From NCBI RefSeq assembly GCF_004010195.1, contig NC_057719.1, positions 24,808,750 through 24,872,749 of the forward strand: 64,000 bases of DNA. The letters are read 5' to 3'. The notes beneath the pieces were generated by a model. The model had not been told where the DNA came from. It did not search any database and saw only the letters and a program-made list of their open reading frames with translations. Of this stretch, positions 1 to 10,900 are shown one piece after another. The translations under genes were made by a program, and so were the position numbers. Every line of letters starts with the position of its first letter. The first letter of the stretch is position 1. This DNA is from Chiloscyllium plagiosum. Lineage: Eukaryota.

Positions 1-258
1 CCTATTATTCTTACAGATAGCTGAGATCTCCTTACAAGTTTGTTTCTCAATTTCCCTCTGACTATTGGGGGGTCTATAATACAATCCTAATAAGGTGATC
101 ATCCCTTTCCTATTTCTCAGTTCCACCCAAATAACTTCCTTGGATGTATTTCCAGGAATATCCTCCCTTAGCACAGCTGTAATGTTATCCCTTATCAAAA
201 ATGCCACTCCCCCTCCTCTTTTGCCTCCCTTTCTATCCTTACTGTAGCATTTGTATGC
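1..258 (-). mobile_element. CR1 LINE fragment (APE endonuclease region), cut by window edge
   Basis: Closely similar to 10417-10457 plus 11424-11640 of the large CR1 copy. Confidence 0.85.
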
Positions 259-1009
259 TGTGTTGAAGGAAAGATTGGGAAGGCTGTGGTCCCTTTCTAC
301 AGGGTTTGCTGAGATGATCCTTCCACTGATCAGAACGCAGCCTTTTAATTTCCCTTCTCTGGACACCTTCCCCTGTTTGTGGGAGGTACAGGGTAACTAC
401 TTCACACTCTCAATATCTCTGACTTAGTAAATAAAAATCACAGCTTAAAGCAATGAGAAAGGGTAATAACTGGCATTCTTCAATCTTGAGATGCTTTCTA
501 CTGCAGAACAATAATAGTTCCTTCCTTTACAGAGGTCTACTGGCTTCTGAGCCAAACCTTATGACCCCCACGCCATTCAGCTTCCTGGAGCCAACCATAC
601 AGACGCTGGATACAGAAGGCCTTCATTTTCAAAAACTGATCACTAGTCCATAGACCAATCGCCTACACATTGTCAGCCAAAGGTCCATTTGTTCTCTGCC
701 CTGTCACCAGACCATCTGCAACAGGACGTGCCCTGCTACTTGAACAAACAGCTGTGTAAACATCACTTGCAGCGAGTATCACAGTTACTTGCATTTTTTA
801 AAAAGCATAGCAGTCCTTGAACATTTCTTGCCTTTTAAATCAGTTTATTTTCCACTTCAGTCCATATCAACAATAAATGAAAATGAATCATTAATATTAT
901 ACTACTTTCCTGCCTGCCATTTTAAAAACCTTGAAAAAGCAACAGACTGCCCACTGCTACCTGTCTGCCAAAACCAACCACACTGTAGCATTGGCCATAT
1001 AACATTAGG

Positions 1010-1207
1010 AGAAAGTGAGGTCTGCAGACGCTGGAGATCAAAGCTGAAACTTTATTGCTGGAACAGCACAGCAGGTCAGGCAGCATCTAGGGAACAGAAG
1101 ATTCGACGTTTCGGGCACATGAAGAAGGGCATGTGCCCGAAACGTCGAATCTTCTGTTCCCTAGATGCTGCCTGACCTGCTGTGCTGTTCCAGCAATAAA
1201 GTTTCAG
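1010..1207. mobile_element. Fold-back mini-element from a PLE pseudo-LTR (family A)
   Basis: Perfect 79-bp inverted arms 1043-1121/1130-1208; 14-bp direct repeat CATATAACATTAGG at 996-1009 and 1208-1221; truncated hammerhead core TGAAGA-AGGGCATGTGCCC-GAAACGTC. Confidence 0.85.
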
Positions 1208-1809
1208 CATATAACATTAGGGTCAAATTTCCCTAACAAGGTCAACTTCCTGATTTAGGACCAGATAGACCATTTGTTGGTTAGAGTTCCCCAGAAGCAA
1301 TGGTCCCCCCAAAGCTGCTCGGCCACCATTCCATGATCCCATGTACCAATGCAATGACTTCCAGTTTTGGAAGTCAATGCTACATACAGATCTCAGATGC
1401 TAACAAAACAAAGGGGAGTATTGCCCAAAAATGTATACTCAACATCAAAAAACTAGCTTTTAAAAGAAAGAGTACCTGATATGACAGGACATCCCAAAAT
1501 GAATTAAACACTTTTTGAAGCATATTTGCTAGTGTAATGTACAAAACACAACATAATAATGACCAGATTCTCAGTTTTAGTGGCTTTGATTTAAAAAAAG
1601 TGTTGATAGCAAGTTGAACAACTTTCTACTTTCTTCTTCTGTAGTGTATTCATTCATGAAGTTTTAGTGAATTTTTGTATGATGTAAATTGAATCCCATT
1701 GGAACCAAACCAGTTCTTACTCCTTTGTATGGTTTTGGACTTGGAAATAGGTGGCACCCACCTGCTCCAGTGAGAGGACTGGAAAGTCTAAGCTGAAATG
1801 ACAACTTAC

Positions 1810-2011
1810 TTGTAGGGAATGGAAATTCCTTATTGCAATCCAAATGAAGTTGCGCCTCTAGAGACAAGGTATCGAACCTATTGACAAAAAACTCCCAGCT
1901 TAAAGCTGGAATGTCTTGCTTTAAGAAATGAAGAAGAAATAATTTGCTGAGGATTGTTGGCCTGTCCTTCACCACAGTGTCAAACTGAAAGTCGAGGCAA
2001 AGACAGAGACC
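1810..2011 (-). CDS. UNC79: UNC79 exon GLCLCLDFQFDTVVKDRPTILSKLFLLHFLKQDIPALSWEFFVNRFDTLSLEAQLHLDCNKEFPFPT
   Basis: 202 nt, catgtag|GGT ... ACA A|gtaagt, phase 0/1; gene continues beyond the window. Confidence 0.96.
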
Positions 2012-2364
2012 CTACATGAAAATAAATAAAAGCTAGAAGTTAATCACACAGGCTGTATATAATTATATAAATATATATATAAAATAGGACTTCCAAATAT
2101 TGCAAGTTTTCCATGATATTATGTCAAGGTGTTATTTGTTGTTTACATACATTTTTAGGAACTCAAACTGCTGCCTTTGGCATCCTTTCTATCTGAAAAA
2201 ACAAGTAAATCAAATGTGTTTCCAATTCAAATTTTAATCTTTCCATGACAATTTATGATAAAAGGATGAAGATTTATTCAAGGAAAGCAGGATTGTGAAG
2301 TGAAGAGGATGTTCTGGGCTTTTGCGGACTAGTCTCTGAAAGTAGAACCAATCTTATAATACTC

Positions 2365-3085
2365 AGTCATGGGATGTGTGCATCGATGTAAGGCTAGCAT
2401 TTATTCCCAATCCCTAATTGCCCTTGTACTGAAAAGCTTGCTGGGCCATTTCAAGACAAAAAACTGCAGATGCTGGAATCCAAAGTACTCAAGCAGGAGA
2501 CTGGAAGAACACAGCACGCCAGGCAGCATCAAGAGATGGAGAAGTCGACGTTTTAGGTGTAACCCTTCTTCAGGACCGGGGGTGGGTATGGGGGAAGCTG
2601 CAGATAAAGATGGTAGTGGGGGCAGGGTGCTGAAGATAGGCAGCGGGTATGAGCTGGTTAGTCAATGGGAGTAATGAATCCATTAGGTGGCTGGAGGGGG
2701 GGGGTGGGGGGTGGTTGAAGGGATGGGGGTGTGCTGGGAACGGAGTCAGGAGAAGGGAATGGAGGTTATTTGATATTGGATAACTCAATGTTGAGTCCTC
2801 CAGGCTCATTTCAGATAGCAGTTAAGTCAACCATACTGCTGTGGATCTGGAGACACACGTAGAACAAACTAGGTGATAATGGCAGATTTCCTTCGTAAAT
2901 GACGAGAAAATCAGGTGGGTTTTTATGAAAATTAGCAACGGTTACATGGTCAACTTTTGGCCAGCATTAATTCCAGATTTCTATTAAATTCGAATGTTAC
3001 CATTTGCCATGATGGGTTCTGAGCCCCAGAATATTAGTTTGAGGTTATAGTTATGAGTCCAGTGGCACTATCTCTACACCACCCA
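2365..3085 (-). mobile_element. tRNA-derived SINE (DeuSINE/SacSINE1-like 3' tail), interrupted by a PLE fragment
   Basis: Tail motif (reverse complement GGGAATAAATGCTAGCC...CACATCCCATGA) shared with LINE ends at about 28800 and 58830; family name from memory. Confidence 0.55.
2454..2806 (-). mobile_element. PLE (Neptune-like) 3' fragment: ORF C-terminus plus pseudo-LTR with degenerate hammerhead
   Basis: 7-bp TSD CATTTCA (2447-2453/2807-2813); minus strand encodes PGGLNIEL; CTGAAGA-AGGGTTACACCT-AAAACGTC. Confidence 0.75.
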
Positions 3086-4618
3086 TGTCATGTTTGACTC
3101 CAGGCCATGGTTTTCTTTTTGACCCCTACTACCTGGCTATGTAGTTTTACTGTCATGCATTCAGCGCTGGTTGTTGGACTACTAAACTCAATTGTTTGCG
3201 GTGTTCAGCAGCAGGAAATCCTGCTTGGTTTTGTACATACCTCACTCTAAAAAATATCAGAACTATTCCTGTCATGCCTTATTACAATCTTTATTTAGCA
3301 AAGAATGCTTTCCTAGCCAAATGCTGTCCAAGGGAAGAGCAGCATTCTGAGCCTTAATACTGCTGCTTATTTTTGTACATAATCCTGTTCCTGAGGTGGC
3401 ACAAAATACATTGTGAACAATCATCTTGGACTGCCTACTTTATATGACAATAACTTACATTCATACAGTTCCCTTAATACAACAATCCACGGCATTACGC
3501 AAGAAAATTATAAAACAAAGTATGACACCAAGTAACATATTCGTGGTGGAGATTAGTACCATACAGGTATCACTTCTGCCAAAATTGTGGGTAGATGCTT
3601 TAAAAAGAGATGGGTGGAAAGATACGCTCAAGTAAACTACTTTCTTGCGTTGGTTACCTCATCATCCAATGCAAGCCCAGTCTGAAAGCTATAATGTTAA
3701 AGCATGAACAAGGGCAGACAGATGTGTTACTATCAAGTCCCCTTATCACAGTACATTCTGTGCTTACGTTGCTCTCATCTCCCTCATGTGTGATGTTTAA
3801 CATGAAGGCGAGCAATCAATAGTTTCCTTGGCATTATTTTATTTGAAGCCATGAGACTTCATAGATCTAGCATCAGTGTATTAGACTAAGAATATTGCCA
3901 CTAATTCTTTTCCATTCTACAAGGCATGTCTGTATAAGATTTATCAGTTAACACAGATCCAGGGACATTTGAACAGGAACCTGGCATTTTCCAAACCAAC
4001 AAATACTGGGCTCAACATCACTGATGACTATTTTGAGAGTACATACAGGTCATCTGACTGGTATACAGATGAGTTCCGAGGTTTTATCGATCACACTTGC
4101 TCTTATCCATGTTAAAAGGTAGATCTGATTTCCTTCTTACAATTAAAGTTTGTAACAATTGCTTTAAATCCAGATAAATTTCTAGGTTATTTCAGAAATA
4201 ATTATCAGCCACATGTAAGGAAATATAGCATAATAATTATGGAAAAGCAAAATACTGCTGATGCTGGAAATCCGGAAAAAAACCAGAAGTGCTGGAGAAA
4301 CACAGCAGGTCTGGCAGCTATAGAGAAAGGAACAGAGTTAACATTTCAAGTCTTCTTCAGAGCTAAAAGCAGTTGGAAAATGGTATTTTGTTTTATATAG
4401 TTTTGACAGAGGCAGAGGATAAGCAAAAGGAACAGAAAGTTTGTAGGTCCAATGCAAAAGAATTGCTAATTGGTATAAAAGAGAAATAGAGAAATAAATT
4501 TGGTTTAAAGTAAGGTGGGATGGTTGAAAATAGGCCATCTCAGCTGAAAGCAAAGTTTAAAAAAAACACAAACAAGATTTAGGGTGTAGGTTTGCTCGCT
4601 GAGCTGCAGGTTTGGTAT

Positions 4619-4658
4619 CCAGACGTTTCATTACCTGGCTAGGTAACATCATCAGTGG
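4619..4658 (-). ncRNA. Minimal type I hammerhead ribozyme motif in PLE pLTR (on the UNC79 pre-mRNA strand)
   Basis: CCA-CTGATGA-T-GTTACC-TAGCCA-GGTAAT-GAAACGTC-TGG; activity untested. Confidence 0.65.
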
Positions 4659-5578
4659 CAACCTCCAAGTGAAGCGAAGCTGTTGTCTCCTGCTTTCTAT
4701 TTATATCTTTCTCCTGGATGGGGTTCCTGGGGTTTGTGGTGATGTCATTTCCTGTTCGTTTTCTGAGGGGTTGATAGATGGCATCTAGATCTATGTGCTT
4801 GTTTATGGCGTTGTGTTTGGAGTGCCAGGCCTCTGGGAATTCTCTGGCATGTCTTTGCTTAGCCTGTCCCAGGATAGATGTGTTGTCCCAGTCGAAATGG
4901 TGTTTTTTTTCATTTGTGTGTAGGGTTATGAGGGAGAGGGGATCGTGTCTTTTTGTGGCTAGCTGGTGTTCATGTATCCTGTTGGCTAACTTTCTTCCTG
5001 TTTATCCGAGGTAGTGTTTGTGGCACTCCTTGCATGGAATTTTATAGATGACGTTGGTTTTGTCCAGGGGTTGTACTGGGCCTTTTAAGTTTGTTAGTTT
5101 TTGTTTGAGAGTGTTGGTGAGTTTGTGTGCTACTAGCATTCCGAGATAAATTATTCTTGATTGATTTACTTGACTTTTTTTGATGAAATAATTAGAGATA
5201 TTTGGTGATGAGAATGTGGTAAATGGTATCTATATACATTTCAAATACACATTTGACAAAGTACCACATAAAAGTCTGGTAAACAATACTAGGGCTTCTG
5301 AAATAAAGAGTCAGTGTTCAATTGGATAAAAATAGTAGTTTAAAGACAGAGAACAGTGGGTTGTAGTAGCTCATTGTGTTTCAGTCAGGAGAGTGGTTGA
5401 TCATGGCATTCTCTAAGGTCCTTTGTATTTACCACTGCTTTTGTTTGCTAAACATAAAAGATTCAAATCTTGGAACTGGAGTAAAATTTCAAAACTTGCC
5501 GATGAGACCAAATGGATGCATGGCTTATAGGATGATATGAGTTGCCTGCAACAATACATAAATAGGCTCAAAGATTGG

Positions 5579-6469
5579 NNNNNNNNNNNNNNNNNNNNNN
5601 NNNNNNNNNNNNNNNNNNNNNNNNNNNNNNNNNNNNNNNNNNNNNNNNNNNNNNNNNNNNNNNNNNNNNNNNNNNNNNNNNNNNNNNNNNNNNNNNNNNN
5701 NNNNNNNNNNNNNNNNNNNNNNNNNNNNNNNNNNNNNNNNNNNNNNNNNNNNNNNNNNNNNNNNNNNNNNNNNNNNNNNNNNNNNNNNNNNNNNNNNNNN
5801 NNNNNNNNNNNNNNNNNNNNNNNNNNNNNNNNNNNNNNNNNNNNNNNNNNNNNNNNNNNNNNNNNNNNNNNNNNNNNNNNNNNNNNNNNNNNNNNNNNNN
5901 NNNNNNNNNNNNNNNNNNNNNNNNNNNNNNNNNNNNNNNNNNNNNNNNNNNNNNNNNNNNNNNNNNNNNNNNNNNNNNNNNNNNNNNNNNNNNNNNNNNN
6001 NNNNNNNNNNNNNNNNNNNNNNNNNNNNNNNNNNNNNNNNNNNNNNNNNNNNNNNNNNNNNNNNNNNNNNNNNNNNNNNNNNNNNNNNNNNNNNNNNNNN
6101 NNNNNNNNNNNNNNNNNNNNNNNNNNNNNNNNNNNNNNNNNNNNNNNNNNNNNNNNNNNNNNNNNNNNNNNNNNNNNNNNNNNNNNNNNNNNNNNNNNNN
6201 NNNNNNNNNNNNNNNNNNNNNNNNNNNNNNNNNNNNNNNNNNNNNNNNNNNNNNNNNNNNNNNNNNNNNNNNNNNNNNNNNNNNNNNNNNNNNNNNNNNN
6301 NNNNNNNNNNNNNNNNNNNNNNNNNNNNNNNNNNNNNNNNNNNNNNNNNNNNNNNNNNNNNNNNNNNNNNNNNNNNNNNNNNNNNNNNNNNNNNNNNNNN
6401 NNNNNNNNNNNNNNNNNNNNNNNNNNNNNNNNNNNNNNNNNNNNNNNNNNNNNNNNNNNNNNNNNNNNN
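5579..6469. other. Assembly gap (891 N)
   Basis: Run of N. Confidence 1.
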
Positions 6470-6573
6470 AAAATGAACAGGAAATTACATCACCACAAAC
6501 CCCAGGAACCCCATCCAGGAGAAAGATATAAATAGAAAGCAGGAGACAACAGCTTCGCTTCACTTGGAGATCG

Positions 6574-6613
6574 CCACTGATGATGTTACCTAGCCAGGTA
6601 ATGAAACGTCTGG
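6574..6613 (+). ncRNA. Minimal type I hammerhead ribozyme motif in PLE pLTR
   Basis: CCA-CTGATGA-T-GTTACC-TAGCCA-GGTAAT-GAAACGTC-TGG; stem I CCA/TGG, stem II GTTACC/GGTAAT. Confidence 0.65.
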
Positions 6614-7553
6614 ATATCAAACCTACAGCTCAGCGAGCAAACCTACACCCGAGACCTCAACCTGAGCTACAAACCTTCACAAACCTTGCACAAACAAGGT
6701 TAAAGAAAGAAATATGGAGAACACTTCACGAGGTCAGGCTAATTCATGTTGAGACCTAGAGGCTGTAAGGTGCCTAAGCCGAAAATGAGATGTTGTCCCT
6801 TGGGCTTGCACTGTGCTTTGTTGGAACATTACAGCAATCCCAGGATAGAAATGTGAGCATGAGAACAAGGTAGTTTACTGAAATGGGAAGCAACTAGAAG
6901 ATCAGAGTCATTCCTACAGTCAGAGCTAGTGGTAGTGTTCAGCAAAGCCATCATCCACTCTGCATTTGGCCTCACCATTGTAAAGGTTAATGCATTTTGA
7001 GCAATAAACACAGTAGAAAAGATTGAAAAAAGTATACGCAAAATGTTGCTTCACCTGGAAAGTATGTTAGCAGCCTTGGACAGTGAGAAGTGAGGAAGTG
7101 ATTGGACAGTTGCCATGGAGAATGAAGTATTAGAAGCAATGGAGGAGGGGACCAGGGTATTGTGGAGGTAATACAGAATGCCGAAAGTGGAGGTGTGAGG
7201 AGAAGATTCATTTGATGGTGGCATATTGCTGAAGATGGCAGAAATGGCAGAAAGCAATGACTAGTGAAGTGGAAAGTGAAGGCAAGAAGAACTCTATTGT
7301 GATGGGATTAAGAGGAAGGGATGAGGGTATAAGCACAGGAAATGGGTTGGACATGGCTGAAGATCCTATCAATCAGACTGAACTATGGTCAGGGAAGTAA
7401 TGCAAAGAAACAGGCATAATATGGACCCATGTGGATACCCATAGCCAGATCTCATGGTGAAGAGGAGGAAACTGGTAATTGTGGAACTGATGTAAAGAAT
7501 CAGAAGAATCATGAAGAATCATGAACGTAAATGTGAGAGACTCAAAATGACGA

Positions 7554-7555
<2 letters not shown>

Positions 7556-7602
<47 letters not shown>
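7556..7602 (+). repeat. Poly-G run (47 nt)
   Basis: Direct observation. Confidence 0.9.
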
Positions 7603-7603
<1 letters not shown>

Positions 7604-7999
7604 GCGTAGAGTCAAGATGGGAAGAAGTTAATTGGGACAGGAAGAGACTGAAACAGGTGAGTCTGCCAGAGCAATCTGTTTGTGGATTTTGGGATAACTA
7701 CGTGATTGGGTTACAATGAGGTGGGAAGATGTGCAAGGGGGATCTCCAGAGAACATGACATCAGTGACAGTCCTGAAAATAGCAGCCTGATATTCAGTGG
7801 TGAGGTCATGATCCAAGGGAGATAAGAGGAAAGGTCAAAGAGTTGGGGCTCTGCCTCTGCACGATTGAAGTCACGATGCCTGACAACAAAAGCAATGTAG
7901 AAGCGAATTACTGCAGATGCTGGAATCTGTACTGAAAACAAATGCTGGGGATCACAATGGATCAGGCAGCATCAATGGAGAGAAAGCAAGATAATGTTT

Positions 8000-10900
8000 A
8001 GAGTCATAGGGATGTACAGCACGGAAACAGACCCTTCGGTCCAACTCGTCCATGCTGACCAGATTTCACAACCACTTGGCCCATATCCCTCAAAACCCTT
8101 CCTATTCATATACCCATCCAAATGACTTTTAAATGTTGCAATTGTACCAGCCTCCACCACTTCCTCTGGCAGCTCATTCCATACACGTACCACTCTCTGT
8201 GTGAAAAAGTTGCCCCTTAGGTCTCTTTTATATCTTTCCCCTCTCACACTAAACCTATGCCCCCTAGTTTTGGATTCCCCTACCCCAGGGAAAAGACTTT
8301 GTCTATTTATCCTATCCATACCCCTCATGATTTTATAAACCTCTATAAGGTCACCCCCTCAGCCTCCGACACTCCAGGAAAAACAGCCCCAGCCTATTCA
8401 ACCTCTCCCTATCGCCCAAATATTCCAAACCTGGCAAGGTCCTTGTAAATCTTTTCTGAGCCCTTTCAAGTTTTACAACATGCATCCGATAGGAAGGAGA
8501 CCAGAAGTGCACACCATATTCCAAAAATGGCCTAACCAATGTCCTGTACAGCTGCAACATGACCTTCCAACTCGTGTACTCAATATTCTGACCAATAAAT
8601 GAAAGCATACCAAACGCCTTCTTCACTATCCTATCTACCTGCGATTCCACTTTCAAGGAGCTATGAATCTGCACTCTAACATCTCTTTGTTCACCAACAC
8701 TCCCTAGGACCTTACCAATAAGTGTATAAGCCCTGCTAAGATTTGATTTCTCAAAGTGCAGCACCTCGCTTGTATCTAAATTAAACTCCATCTGCTAGTC
8801 CTCAGCCCATTGGCCCATCTGATCAAGATCCCATTGTACTCTGAGGTAACCTGTTTTGCTGTCCACAGCACCTTCAATTTTGGTGTCATCTGCAAACTCA
8901 CTAACTATACTTCTTATGCCCACATCCAAATCATTAATATAAATGATGAATCGTCGTGGACCCAACACCGATCCTTGTGGCATTCTACTGGTCACAGGCC
9001 TCCAGTCTGTAAAACAACCCTCCACCACCACCCTCTGTCTTCTACCTTTGAGCCAGTTCTGTATCCAAATGGCTAGTTCTCCCTGTATTTCATGAGGTCT
9101 AACCTTGTTAACCAGTCCCCATGGGAAGCTTTGTCCAACACCTTACTACAGATCAAGTCTACCCCTCTGCCCTCATCAATCCTCTTTGTTCTTTCTTCAA
9201 AAACTCAATCAAGTTTGTGAGACATGATTTCTCATGTTGACTATCCCTAATCAGTCCTTGCCTTTCCAAATACATGTACATCCTGTCCCTCAGGATTCCC
9301 TCCAACAACTTGCCCACCACCGATGTCAGGCTCAGTGGTCTATAGTTCCCTGGCTTGTCCTTACTACTTTTTAAAAATAGTGGCACCACGTTAGCCAACC
9401 TCCAGTCTTCCGGCACCTCACCTATGATTATCAATGATACAAAAATCTCAGCAAGGGGCCCAGCAATTACTTCCCTAGCTTCCCACAGAGTTCTAGGGTA
9501 CACCTGATCAGATCCTGGGGATTTATCCACTTTTATGCGTTTCAAGACATCCAGCACTTCCTCCTCTGTAATATGGACATTTTTCAAGGTGTCACCATCT
9601 ATTTCCCTACATTCTATATCTTCCATGTCCTTCTTCACAGGAAACACTGATGCAAGATACTCGTTTTGTATCTCCCCCATCTCCTGTGGCTCCACACAAC
9701 GACCGCCTTGCTGATCTTCGAGGGGCCCTATTCTCTCCCTAGTTACCCTTTTGTCCTTAACATATTTGTGAAAACCCTTTCGATTCTCCTTAACCTTATT
9801 TGCCAAAGCTAGCTCATGTCCCCTTTTTGCCCTCCTGAATTTTCTCTTAATTATACTCTTCTAAGGATTAACCTGATCTATCCTGTCTATACCTGACATA
9901 TGCTTCCTTCTTTTTCTAAACCAAACCCTCAATTTCTTTAGTCATCCAGCATTCCCTATACCTACCAGCCTTTCCTTTCACCCTAACAGGAATATACTTT
10001 CTCTGGATTCTCGTTATCTCATTTCTGTGAGCTTCACGTTTTCAGCCGTCCCTTTACCTGCGAACACCTGCCCGAATTAGCTTTTGAAAGTTCTTGCCTA
10101 ATACAGTCAAAATTAGCCTTACTCCAATTAAGAAATACAGCTTTTAGATCTGATCTATCCTTTTTCATCACTATTTTAAAACTAATTGAATTATGGTCAC
10201 TGGCCCCAAAGTGCTCTCCCACTGACACTTCAGTCATCTGCCCTGTCTTATTTCCCAAACGTAGGTCAAGTTGGCACCTTCTCTAGTAGGTACATCCACA
10301 TACTGAATCAGAATTTTTTTTTGTACACACTTAACAAATTCCTCTCCATCTAAACCCTTAACACTGTGGCAGTCCCAGTCTCGGTTTGGAAAGTTAAAAT
10401 CCCGTACAATAACCACCCTATTATTCTGACAGATAACCAAGATCTCCTTACAAATTTTTGTATGTAGGTTTGCTCACTGAGCTGGAAGGTTCATTTTCAG
10501 ACGTTTTGTCACCCTACTAGGTAACATCTTCAGTGGGCTGGTGATGTCATTTCCTGTAGAGAGATTAAATTTCCTGTTCTTTTTCTCAGCAGGTGGTAGA
10601 TAGGGTCTAACTCGATGTGTTTGTTGATAGAGTTCCAGTTGGAATGTCATGCTTCTAGGAATTCTCGTGCATTGTGGATTGAAAAAGAATGGGTACCCAA
10701 TGAACACAGTCCACCAATTTCTCAGCAACAAACTCAAACAAGTGGACAAAACGCATCCAGAAACCCTAGCCACTCTCCCCTACATCAAGGACATCTCAGA
10801 AATGACTGCCAGACTACTCAGATCCCTTGGCATCATGGTGGCCCACAAACCCACCAACACACTAAAACAGTAGCTAATGAACTTGAAAGACCCTATACAG

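Larger units (their letters stand above)
4577..6688. mobile_element. Penelope/Poseidon-type PLE with inverted pLTRs (family C), containing a CR1-like fragment (about 5146-5578) and the N gap
   Basis: 4582-4762 is the reverse complement of 6470-6650; 10-bp TSD CACAAACAAG (4567-4576/6689-6698); minus strand NVIYKIPCKECHKHYLG*TGRKLANRIHEH (GIY-YIG). Confidence 0.85.
4243..7890 (-). mobile_element. Old degenerate Neptune-like PLE, interrupted by a younger PLE
   Basis: Family A pLTR at 4243-4365; minus-strand QHLIFGLGTLQPLGLNMN at about 6740-6797; RT motif LAMGIHMGPLYACFF at about 7405-7450; boundaries approximate. Confidence 0.7.

Noticed and set aside
1043..1208. pre-miRNA or DNA-transposon MITE interpretation of the hairpins
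   Set aside because: Inverted repeats are not terminal (one-sided tail), TSD length varies from 7 to 17 bp, and the sequence is contiguous with PLE ORF ends elsewhere
5537..6620. Three 300+ aa ORFs in the track
   Set aside because: Artefacts of translating the N gap
7373..7615. Polyproline ORF / 47-nt poly-G as a functional G-quadruplex
   Set aside because: Homopolymer inside a decayed PLE; may be a sequencing artefact; no splice or coding support
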